DNA of 64,000 nucleotides from an uncultured archaeon (GTDB lineage: Archaea > Altiarchaeota > Altiarchaeia > IMC4 > SCGC-AAA252-I15), in NCBI GenBank assembly GCA_902384455.1, contig CABMCB010000092.1, forward strand, positions 316-64,315, written 5' to 3'. The position numbers were made by a program, and so were the translations under genes. Under the pieces are notes generated by a model that had not been told where the DNA came from, did not search any database, and saw only the letters and a list, made by a program, of their open reading frames with translations. Each line of letters opens with the position of its first letter. Position 1 is the stretch's first letter. Positions 8,490 to 17,081 of the stretch are shown here, piece after piece.

Positions 8490-10070
8490 ATGGACCGCAG
8501 GATTTTCCTGATACTTCTTGTCGCTTTTTTCCTGCGGGCGATAAACTTGGAGACCGTCCCTTTTTGGCAGTGGGACGAAGGAGTCAACAACCATATCGCG
8601 TGGAACCTCGCTCACGGGGAAAGCAGGTGGTTTGCGCTAGCATACAGGTGGGTGCCTCATCCGCCGCTTTATTTCGCGCTGCTTGGCATAGCCCTCAGAC
8701 TCTTAGGGTACTCAATAATCGTAGGCCGCCTCTTTAATGTGGGGCTGTCGATTGCCACGTGTTACCTCACTTACCGCATCGGCCGCGAAATAGACGATGA
8801 GAAGACGGGGCTTTTGGCGGCGGCGGCTTATGCGGTTTCGCCTTATGCGGTTTATTGGGGGCGGCTTACGTACAGCAACAATCTAGTTGCGTTGCTTACG
8901 GCAGCAAGCTTGCTTATGGTTCTTGAACACATTAGGCGGAAGTCTTCGGTCGCGCTTTATGCGGCTTCGTTGTTTTCGGGGCTGGCTTTTGGGGCGGGAT
9001 ACAACGGGTTCGCCGCTTGTTTGGCTTTGCTTATCGTCGTGGCTAAGATTGAGAGGAACAAGCTGATTCGTGCGGCGGCAATCATGGCCGCGCCGTATCT
9101 TGTTTTTTCTGCGGTAATGCTTGCGTGGGATGCGCAAGGGTACGTTCACGATTTGGATTACCAGTTCTTCAGGTTTGGCGGGGGAGACGCTTTCGTCCTG
9201 CATAAAATCGTCGCCTTACTTTTCGTGTTCTATTTATGCGGCAGAACGCGCCGAGGAGAAAGCGTCTATATGACTTACGCGGAAACAATCACTAAAGGAG
9301 CGGCAGCATTCTGGGCGGCGTCTACGCTGTTGTTTCTTTACCCTATCACCGACAGCACTGTGCTTACGGGACTCGACCCTTACTGGATAGGTGTTGCCGG
9401 CTTGCTCTGGCACGTGTCGGGAAAAAAACAGACTGCGATGAGATGGTATCTCTTCTCCATAATTCTTGTCGTACTCGCTTTGAACCGCTTAGACCACATG
9501 CTCATCCCCATCCAACTCCTACTTTCAGTCGGCCTGGCGCGCGCCGCCCTCACAGTCCACGCAAGGACATTAGCTACTCTTAATTCTAAGCATTTCGCTT
9601 ACGCTACGGCTGCTGCTTTGATTGTTGCTTCGCTCCCTTTTGCTGCGGCATCAATACGCTCCTCAGCCTTAACCCAAGGATACGGCATCGCTAAGTATAC
9701 GCCATCAGACGATGCATTGCTCGCTGCGCGCGTGCAGCAGATTACTAAGGACGGAGACGTCATCGTCATCTTCCCTTACCTTGATTCTCTTTTCCCCCGG
9801 ACAAAAAACACCAAAGTCCTCCAAGTCATCTCTTACTCAGGGAAGGCCATAGCGTATTACCCCGGAGATTTCCCTAAAGAAAGGTGGCTATATAACGTAA
9901 GCCAAGACAACGTGCGACTAATGATACTAACCAACGGCACAATCCAGTGGATGAAGGAGGAACCGGCCATCAATGACGTCTACGAAAAAACGTCAAAGTG
10001 GAAGGCCGAAGACGTTGGGAGATACCGCGTCCTAATAAACCCTCGTCCAGTTGACGGTAGCCTTGCTTGA
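8490..10070 (+). CDS. GT-C glycosyltransferase, ArnT/PMT-like, paralog B
   Basis: 526 aa. Its N-terminus is nearly identical in motif content (WDEGVNNHIAWNLAHGESRWFALAYRWVPHPPLYF) to 6883..8439. Confidence 0.55.
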   Translation: MDRRIFLILLVAFFLRAINLETVPFWQWDEGVNNHIAWNLAHGESRWFALAYRWVPHPPLYFALLGIALRLLGYSIIVGRLFNVGLSIATCYLTYRIGREIDDEKTGLLAAAAYAVSPYAVYWGRLTYSNNLVALLTAASLLMVLEHIRRKSSVALYAASLFSGLAFGAGYNGFAACLALLIVVAKIERNKLIRAAAIMAAPYLVFSAVMLAWDAQGYVHDLDYQFFRFGGGDAFVLHKIVALLFVFYLCGRTRRGESVYMTYAETITKGAAAFWAASTLLFLYPITDSTVLTGLDPYWIGVAGLLWHVSGKKQTAMRWYLFSIILVVLALNRLDHMLIPIQLLLSVGLARAALTVHARTLATLNSKHFAYATAAALIVASLPFAAASIRSSALTQGYGIAKYTPSDDALLAARVQQITKDGDVIVIFPYLDSLFPRTKNTKVLQVISYSGKAIAYYPGDFPKERWLYNVSQDNVRLMILTNGTIQWMKEEPAINDVYEKTSKWKAEDVGRYRVLINPRPVDGSLA

Positions 10071-10196
10071 GAAGGTTACAGTAGGTATCCGCTTGCGAAG
10101 ACGAACCAAGTCCAAACTATAAGAAATGCTATTAATGCCAGGAAGAGCAGCACATCTTTCCTTGTCACATCCTCGCGGATCTGTAATTGCATCGTA

Positions 10197-10204
10197 TTTA
10201 TATA
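10197..10204 (+). promoter_or_regulatory. TATA-box-like element (tttatata) upstream of the first pilin gene
   Basis: An AT-rich octamer about 63 nt upstream of ATG 10267. A 6-bp-stem hairpin lies at 10233-10249 and an aggtg SD-like motif at 10256-10260. Confidence 0.3.
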
Positions 10205-10266
10205 CCGGAGATTAAGTTATAAACACGTATAATTCGTCCCTGAGACGAACTTTACAGGTGCTATAA

Positions 10267-10617
10267 ATGGAAGGAAAAAAGAGCTTAACGCTCATGGTAA
10301 CAGTTGCCTTGTTTGTTTTTTTGGCCCAGTCTGTTTTGGCCATCACCGGCACTGAAGCCCAGTCTAGTGCGACAAACGCAATCTGCAACATACTTAATAC
10401 GCTGAGGAACCTGCTTTTCCTGATAGCAGGTGGTGTGGCCGCTTTGGTCATAACCATGCAGGGCATTAAGTGGGCCGGCAGCGCCGATGACCCGGGTGCC
10501 CGCAAGCAAGCCAAGTCTGGAATTGTTAACGCAATCATCGGGCTGGTTATCGTTTTGCTTGCAGTCTGGGTAGTCCTTATGGTGTTCTCCAAGGGCTGCA
10601 ATCTGACTAACCCGTAG
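10267..10617 (+). CDS. VirB2/TrbC-like pilin, T4SS-type pilin subunit 1
   Basis: 116 aa with a Sec-type signal peptide (cleavage near SVLA|ITG). The mature part has two hydrophobic helices separated by a short polar loop (..GIKWAGSADDPGARKQAKSGIVNAIIGLV..), the VirB2/TrbC topology. It is paralogous to 24089 and 24452. Confidence 0.55.
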   Translation: MEGKKSLTLMVTVALFVFLAQSVLAITGTEAQSSATNAICNILNTLRNLLFLIAGGVAALVITMQGIKWAGSADDPGARKQAKSGIVNAIIGLVIVLLAVWVVLMVFSKGCNLTNP

Positions 10618-10628
10618 GTTATCTGATG

Positions 10629-10673
10629 GCGCACGGGACACCGTGCGTCACCCCTATTTTTATTTCTTCTTTT
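10629..10673 (+). terminator. Hairpin plus oligo-T tract after the pilin gene
   Basis: A gcgcacgg-gaca-ccgtgcg stem-loop is followed by the T-rich run ctatttttatttcttctttt. Confidence 0.4.
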
Positions 10674-10715
10674 GCCGTTTTTTAGGTTCTATCGCCAGTA
10701 AATTATTGGTTTACC

Positions 10716-13700
10716 GTGGGCTCTCTACCTTTATTCCGCAGGCGCTTTGCGCGGAAGTTGGTGGCCGTCGTCTTTCTAGTTCTTTTGCTGTCTCAAAACA
10801 CTTTGGCTTTCTGTGTTTCATGGAGTTGCATCAAAACAGGCTATTCTAACACGGTAGAGTACATCAACTGCGTAAGGACTGACTCGGCGCAGGAGGGTGC
10901 GGTTTTGGCCGTGATTTCGTGTACGGCGAATAAGGCGTGGCAGCTTTTGCTGAGTTTTATTACTGGTGTGGCGAAGGCTATGGTTGAGGGTCTTATGGCG
11001 GCTTTTGAGTATATGTTGACGATTAATCCTTGCTTTTATAATGGGGGCATAGGTGGGATTGGGTGTACTGATCTTTTTGGCCAGCAGGTTCAGCCGAGGC
11101 CTATGGTGTTGGTGCTTGTGGGTACGTTGATTATGGTTTTGTATCCGATTTACGTTGTTTTGCTTTTGCTTGCGGGTTTTTCTTTTATTATTTCGGCTGA
11201 TGATCCTCAGCAGAGGAATATGGCGAAGGAGCGTTTTTATAAGTTGGTTATTTCGATGATTCTTGTTTCTTTGTCTCCGGTCATTTTCCAGTTGTTCCTT
11301 AATTTGGAGGTGGCTTTGGTTGAGGCTGTTTTCGGGATGATTTCTGCGGAGGTTAATAATATGACTGCTTTGTCGGGGGTGACGATTTTTGCGACTATTG
11401 CCATGATTATTGGCGCTTCGTTTGTTCAGACGTCTATTGGCGCCACTTTTGCCCTCATTGTGATTGCGGTTATTGTTGTTATGGGGATCAGGTATCTTAT
11501 GACTACGGTTTTGGGTTGTATGTTTCCCGTTACGTTGTTCTGTTATTTCTGGGAGCCTACTAGGAATTTCGGCAGGGGTTTTGTGACGAAGACTATGATG
11601 TGGATTTTTATTCCTGTTGTTCAGTCGGTTTTTCTGGCGTTGACTATCATCAGTCTTATGAGCATTGGCGGCGGAGGCGCGGCTTCAATAAACAAGATTA
11701 AGAGCAATGCTGTATCTGGGTCTATTACTGAGATCCTGATTCCTATGACGATGATAGGCGCTGGTCTTATCGGCATGATTGTGTCTCCTTTTGTGATGTC
11801 TGGGATGCTGCAGTACATCGGCGGCGCAGTCGCTGCTACTGGGATGGGCATGAGCACTAAGGAGGGAGCTACGAAGGTTCAGAGGGTGAAGGGTTTTGGA
11901 TTGATGGTGGGCGGTGCGAGTCTGATGGGGCAGGGAGTGGGCCCCAGCGCCCAGTACGCAGCCTCGACCGCAGCTTATCTTCAGTCGAGTTTTGGTCAAA
12001 GCGACGAGAGCGCTAACCTTCTCCCGTCTTCATGGAGCGGTTTTAAGCAGGAGGTAAGGGACGTTGGCACGAGCATAGGCAGGGGCGCTAGTAGGGTGAG
12101 GAGAGGCGGCAATTTCTTTAGCGCTACTCCGCCTCGCGCGGGAGGCGCTGCTTGGGGGACTCCGTGGCAGGGACGTTTTAGGGCGCCTTTCCGGCAAGCT
12201 ACCGCCCCTGTTGTAGGTATGTTAGATTCGTTGTCTCAGGATAGCGTTAACCAGCAGGAGGCCCTTAGGATGGTGGGCAAGAACAGGGGGGGCACTGCTG
12301 AGGAGGGTGAAGGTTTTGAGGGCACTAGTCTTGCCGAGAGGAATACTCCGCCTAAGTCTCCTATGTGGAAGTTTTGGGCGCCGGGAACTCCTGAAGGCGG
12401 GTACAGCGACATGTATAATACAGTCGACCAGGAGAACCGCATGAAGGGCGAAGGCAACCTGCCTCTGTTCATGTTTCCGTGGGAGTGGAGTAAGCGCGGC
12501 CAAAGTTTAGGTACGGCGTCCACTCGGCTCGCTGAGGCATTAGCCGGCAGGGAGGCGGTTGTGGAGGGGAAAGGCGGAAAGGCTCTAAGCGGCGGAGAAC
12601 GATGGATGCGCGCAGGAGCAAGCCTGGGCCATCTTGCTTTGGCGTTTAAGCCTGTTAGCCCGCTTTACCCCATCCGCCACATGGGCAGGATTCTTTACGA
12701 CATTGCCGTTGAGCTTGCTCCGCCTACCGGCCCCCTCTGGCTTATGGTGCCGCCGCGGCCAATACAGCCGTGGAAGGACTCTGATAGTAGATGGAAACGG
12801 GGCTTAGGTAAATTTATTTACGGTGCGACTACTGTCGCCCACTATGGCGCCAGGCCTTTTATGCCGCTTGCGTTGCTTCCCACTCAGGAGCGGCTTCATA
12901 GTGCCGGTTTATTCTTGAGCGGACTGGGTTTCCGCCAAGTGTATAATGGTATTGAATGGAAGCGCCAATGTAAGGGCCACGAAGCGGAATGGAAGAGAGC
13001 CCACTCGGACTATGAGGCCGCAAAAGCTTCTGGGGATTCTGCTGGGATGGCTGCAGCCCAAACGAGGAAGGATGATGCTGCGGCGAAGTACGCTTCTTTG
13101 ATGGTTAAGGTCGGCGGCCAAGGCGGGAGTAAAGGCACCCGTTTCATGGGCGAGGACGTTAAGAATCCTGCTTTCCATCGTCAGGAGGAGGAGCGCATAT
13201 CTGAGAGTAATCCTGCTTTCTACGAGCATTACCTTAGGACGGCGAGGTTAAGCAGCAAACCTATGAAGGAGGTTGATGAGGCGATTGCGGCCGGAGGCAA
13301 GTCCGCTAAGAATGCTTTTGTTACTCGGGCTATTGATGAGTTGCTTGAGGAGAGGGGTTTTTCAACGAAGGGTTTGTCATCTGGTGCTGCTGCTAGGGCT
13401 CGCGCTGCTGCTGTTGCTGAGTTCACTGTGGAGGATAAGAGGAGGATTGCTGAGGAAGCGTATTTGATGGCTTCCGCCAGCACCGCAACTGAGGGGAAGT
13501 TTGTTCCCACCAAGCAGGAGCGGCAGGAATACCGGGAGACTCAGGCCAGAAACGGATTGAATCTTTTTGAGTGGGACTCAGGCAACACTGAAATGCAGGT
13601 GCTTGCTTACGGCGTACTGGAGGGTAAGTGGCGGCAGATTGCTTTGGCCAACGAGACTCTTCTGGTGAACAACAGCGAGAACCCCATGCAGTCCATTTAC

Positions 13701-16202
13701 CATGAGGCGTACTACAGGGAGCTTGTGGCGGCAATTAAGGCTACAGGAACGGACGCCCGCCTGAAGCTTGGCGCCCTCCCGGAATCTCCGTCAGAGGCTA
13801 TGTACGAGGCGGTTGGAGGTTGGCGCAAGGAACTTAGCGAGGGAGACCAGCAGAAGGCCCGGGCAGCCCACGACAAGGCGATGGCTGCTGTTGAGGGGAT
13901 AGCGAGGGGTGTTCTTTCCGAGTCTGAGATTAAAGCCTGCGAGCAGAGGGCTGCAGAGCAGGCTAAGGTCACAAACATTCCTCTTAGGCGAGGCAGCCAA
14001 GGCCGCATCTACGCTAGGTTGGATTATGTTGCGTATGTTCAGCAGTTGGGCAAGTACAACGGCGAAGCTAATGAGATGGATGAGTTGGGCGTTGGGATGC
14101 GCGCCGGGTACAGGATGAGGAAGTTGACTGACGATGAGCTTAGGGGAGAAACCGCCATTCCAATGATTTCGAGAGGCAGGAGTGCTCACATAATATACAG
14201 GGATGACGGTGCCTACGTGATAGAGATGTATCATAACGCCGATGCCGTAGATCCTGGCTTAGGCCAGTGGATGCATCCCGGAGGAGCGATTGGTCCTGCC
14301 GGTAATTTCACGCGGGTGGGCAACGAGCCGTTGGAGGAGGCGGAGGTAGTAAACAAGACGGCCGAGCGTAGGGCTAAAGTCTTTGATCATTATGAGGGGG
14401 TTGAGAAGGATTTGGTGGGTTTTGATGTTTCGGCTGACGGTCAGCTTGTGGCTTTGACAAGCGACGGTAAACGCGTGGAATTGAGCGGCGACAGCTATTT
14501 GGTGGACCAGTCGCTTTTTGCTCAGGCGACAAACGGGGGTTTGTCTTCTCAGGAGGCGGATATAGCGCTTAGGGATTACATGCACCGTCTGAAGCAGCAG
14601 GGCGTGCCTGACGATGACGCCATGATGAGGAGCATGCAAAATACTAGGTTGAGGCGGGCTCTTATGACGGACGGAGTGTCTGACGATGTCGCAAGGGACT
14701 TTGCGAGAGTCCCCATGACAAGAGCCCCTCCGGGAGGAGTCCAACGTGAGGAGGAATTGTTTAATTTCGCGGCGATACACGCAGGCGACTACAACCCGCA
14801 AACCCGCCAGAACACCAGGTTGACTGCTGAACAATACATGACGGGAGAAAATGCCAAAAAAGTGTTCACTTCAATGAGGGAGGCAGGCAAGAGGCGGGTC
14901 CAGGAAAAAGACTTGGCCACCGCAGACGCCGAAAGACAGGCTCAAGAACGGCACAGGCAAGCCGCAGGCAGAGTGCAGATTGACGGCGAAGAACTGCTGC
15001 GCCACCCCCCCGTGATATACGACCCCAACAACAGCGAACACGTCAGACTGTACGGGCGGCCTTACGATCCTGTTAAAAATCCTGACGGCAAGAGAGCCGG
15101 CGAACGTCTTGAGCCTTTGAGGTATGATCCGACTAATCCTCATCATAGGGCTTTAGGTTGCGTAGTGTACGACCACGCTAATCCTGAGCATATCCGGTTG
15201 TACGGCAGGGGTTACAGCGACGGGGACGTGGTTTTGCAGCGGTATAAGCCCGGCGAACTGGTGGAAATGCATACTCAGGAGGAGATTGACGAACTTAAGG
15301 TAGCCGTTGATGAGGTCGCGCGTAATGCGGAAGCTGCGACTTCAAGAAGAGTCAGCGTTCCAGACCCCAGTAATCCTGCGGCAACGGTGGACGTGCTTAT
15401 GGGCGGAGAGCACCTTGACGGCGTAAGAATTGTGGCTGAAGGAGGGTGGCCTCCTGTTAACGCTGAAACCCGCGATTCGGGCACTACTTTGGTCATCGAC
15501 ATTGACGCCCAGAGGATTGTGTTGGATCCGACTACAGGGGACCCTGTGCGTGACTCCAACGGAAATTTTGTGCGGGAAAAATACACTTTAGCCGAGCTTA
15601 CGGATATGGTCAGAAACTTTTCTGCAGGCCACGAGTACACTCATTCGGCTTTGCTCAAGCAGGCCGGAGCCACTGAGAGCGTTACAGGCGACGCGGAAGG
15701 CACACGGCGGCTGGCGGACCATGTGATGGCGGACCGGAAGGCTGCTACTGAAAGAGGTTCGGACGGGGTTGTAAGAGACGTGGATTACTTTTCCGGCCTT
15801 GATGCTGTTAGAGGCGATGCGAGGGCTAGGAGGCTGTACAATGCTACTGGGGGGCAGTTTGGTCTTCTTGTGGCTGAGTCTGCTGCTAACTCGTGGCAGC
15901 CAAGCGCCGGCGACCCTAACGTAAGCATATTCGGCGAGACGCGGGCAGATTTCAACCAGCATGTAAGCCAGGCTGCTGCTCAGGTTGCTGCGGCAAACGA
16001 GAACAGACGGTTGAATCGCCGTGACGTAATGGTGCTTGCCAACTTGGCGGAGGCGGCTGAGAGGGCAGGAGACGCAGCGGTTGCCGCAAGAATAGACGGC
16101 ATGATCGCAGCCCCGACAAACGCGGCGTTATTGTCGGACTACAGGGAGGCCAGGCACGTGTCCGGGCTGGTTCACGACAACGTACGGTTTAAGACGCCGT
16201 AA
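10716..16202 (+). CDS. Giant VirB6/TrbL-like polytopic membrane protein with a roughly 1400 aa C-terminal extension
   Basis: 1828 aa. The N-terminal ~430 aa hold at least 7 TM helices. The block FWEPTRNFGRGFVTKTMMWIFIPVVQSVF matches LFEPTRSWGEKYLRKAVKWIFIPVFQAFW in 17078..19825. The remainder is soluble with coiled-coil-like Ala/Glu/Lys stretches and internal repeats (NxEHxRLYGRxY twice). I recognised no enzymatic domain. Confidence 0.5.
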   Translation: MGSLPLFRRRFARKLVAVVFLVLLLSQNTLAFCVSWSCIKTGYSNTVEYINCVRTDSAQEGAVLAVISCTANKAWQLLLSFITGVAKAMVEGLMAAFEYMLTINPCFYNGGIGGIGCTDLFGQQVQPRPMVLVLVGTLIMVLYPIYVVLLLLAGFSFIISADDPQQRNMAKERFYKLVISMILVSLSPVIFQLFLNLEVALVEAVFGMISAEVNNMTALSGVTIFATIAMIIGASFVQTSIGATFALIVIAVIVVMGIRYLMTTVLGCMFPVTLFCYFWEPTRNFGRGFVTKTMMWIFIPVVQSVFLALTIISLMSIGGGGAASINKIKSNAVSGSITEILIPMTMIGAGLIGMIVSPFVMSGMLQYIGGAVAATGMGMSTKEGATKVQRVKGFGLMVGGASLMGQGVGPSAQYAASTAAYLQSSFGQSDESANLLPSSWSGFKQEVRDVGTSIGRGASRVRRGGNFFSATPPRAGGAAWGTPWQGRFRAPFRQATAPVVGMLDSLSQDSVNQQEALRMVGKNRGGTAEEGEGFEGTSLAERNTPPKSPMWKFWAPGTPEGGYSDMYNTVDQENRMKGEGNLPLFMFPWEWSKRGQSLGTASTRLAEALAGREAVVEGKGGKALSGGERWMRAGASLGHLALAFKPVSPLYPIRHMGRILYDIAVELAPPTGPLWLMVPPRPIQPWKDSDSRWKRGLGKFIYGATTVAHYGARPFMPLALLPTQERLHSAGLFLSGLGFRQVYNGIEWKRQCKGHEAEWKRAHSDYEAAKASGDSAGMAAAQTRKDDAAAKYASLMVKVGGQGGSKGTRFMGEDVKNPAFHRQEEERISESNPAFYEHYLRTARLSSKPMKEVDEAIAAGGKSAKNAFVTRAIDELLEERGFSTKGLSSGAAARARAAAVAEFTVEDKRRIAEEAYLMASASTATEGKFVPTKQERQEYRETQARNGLNLFEWDSGNTEMQVLAYGVLEGKWRQIALANETLLVNNSENPMQSIYHEAYYRELVAAIKATGTDARLKLGALPESPSEAMYEAVGGWRKELSEGDQQKARAAHDKAMAAVEGIARGVLSESEIKACEQRAAEQAKVTNIPLRRGSQGRIYARLDYVAYVQQLGKYNGEANEMDELGVGMRAGYRMRKLTDDELRGETAIPMISRGRSAHIIYRDDGAYVIEMYHNADAVDPGLGQWMHPGGAIGPAGNFTRVGNEPLEEAEVVNKTAERRAKVFDHYEGVEKDLVGFDVSADGQLVALTSDGKRVELSGDSYLVDQSLFAQATNGGLSSQEADIALRDYMHRLKQQGVPDDDAMMRSMQNTRLRRALMTDGVSDDVARDFARVPMTRAPPGGVQREEELFNFAAIHAGDYNPQTRQNTRLTAEQYMTGENAKKVFTSMREAGKRRVQEKDLATADAERQAQERHRQAAGRVQIDGEELLRHPPVIYDPNNSEHVRLYGRPYDPVKNPDGKRAGERLEPLRYDPTNPHHRALGCVVYDHANPEHIRLYGRGYSDGDVVLQRYKPGELVEMHTQEEIDELKVAVDEVARNAEAATSRRVSVPDPSNPAATVDVLMGGEHLDGVRIVAEGGWPPVNAETRDSGTTLVIDIDAQRIVLDPTTGDPVRDSNGNFVREKYTLAELTDMVRNFSAGHEYTHSALLKQAGATESVTGDAEGTRRLADHVMADRKAATERGSDGVVRDVDYFSGLDAVRGDARARRLYNATGGQFGLLVAESAANSWQPSAGDPNVSIFGETRADFNQHVSQAAAQVAAANENRRLNRRDVMVLANLAEAAERAGDAAVAARIDGMIAAPTNAALLSDYREARHVSGLVHDNVRFKTP

Positions 16203-16216
16203 TTAACAACAGTCAA

Positions 16217-16600
16217 ATGAACATGATAAAACTTAAGGACGCGGAAGGAGGCAAGCAGTCTCCTGAAAATGAGATAAATCTGAAGGAGATTAACCCTGTA
16301 AGCGAGCGGCCTTCGGGGTTGAGTTTCGGCAGGTTGATTTCAGGGGCTGCTTTGGGGTTGAGTCTCGCCTGTTTGACTCCTGGTTGCGCTCAGGCGGCTT
16401 CTGCGCCGAGTCCTGGTGTTGCCGAGAAAATATTTGATGTGGCGGTTTATGCGGCAAGCACTATTGTTGCGTGGGAATTTTTCGCCACAATCTCAAAGGC
16501 TGTATCGACGCATTATAAACCAAGCGACTTGTTTCGTGCAGGGTGGTTGAGGTTGAGATACGGAAGAAAACAGAATAAGGAGGGAGAGGATGGCGACTAA
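16217..16600 (+). CDS. Hypothetical small protein with a central hydrophobic segment (locus accessory)
   Basis: 127 aa ORF co-directional with the cluster and overlapping the next ORF by 11 nt. A hydrophobic stretch (LISGAALGLSLACL) may be a TM or lipoprotein-like segment. Confidence 0.4.
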   Translation: MNMIKLKDAEGGKQSPENEINLKEINPVSERPSGLSFGRLISGAALGLSLACLTPGCAQAASAPSPGVAEKIFDVAVYAASTIVAWEFFATISKAVSTHYKPSDLFRAGWLRLRYGRKQNKEGEDGD

Positions 16601-17081
16601 GGGCACGGCAGGTGAAGGCAGTTCCCCTAAAGGGTCTAAGGGGAAAACTAGGGTTAGCGAGGCAGACGCGTTAAAAATCCTGAAGGAATTGGCTTGGCGT
16701 AAACTGGAGCTCTACAAATCCGACTCACTGGATGCGATACGAGGGATTGTATTGCAAAGAAGCAAAATCCGCGGAGCAAACCTCGACCCCGGAAAAATAA
16801 GCTGGGAGGAACTTTTCAAGACTAACGTATGCCCCAACTGCCGCGGAAGACTAACTTTACTGGGCGAACGCTACCTATGCGACACATGCCTGATCGAGAT
16901 TCCCGCCAACGTATACGAGGCCGCTGAAAAGCAGTATTACGGTGAGACTAAGCTTTTGGACGATGAACAGCAGGCCACACAGAATCTTTTAGATGCTGGG
17001 TACAGCATGAACGAACTGGTAGAGCTCTACGCGAAAGCGGAAAAGGAGGCGTTAACCGAACCTAGATGGGATAAGAGATGA
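16590..17081 (+). CDS. Hypothetical zinc-ribbon protein
   Basis: 163 aa with a CPNCRG...CDTC (CxxC-x14-CxxC) motif. It overlaps the next gene by 4 nt, so the two are probably translationally coupled. Confidence 0.45.
   Translation: MATKGTAGEGSSPKGSKGKTRVSEADALKILKELAWRKLELYKSDSLDAIRGIVLQRSKIRGANLDPGKISWEELFKTNVCPNCRGRLTLLGERYLCDTCLIEIPANVYEAAEKQYYGETKLLDDEQQATQNLLDAGYSMNELVELYAKAEKEALTEPRWDKR

Noticed and set aside
11621-15962. Multiple minus-strand ORFs (for example 13791..14234, 14259..14834 and 15588..15962) inside the 1828 aa gene, and similar antisense ORFs inside gltB, purL and the VirB4 gene
   Set aside because: They are antisense shadows within long, well-supported sense genes. Their amino-acid composition is atypical and they have no motifs.
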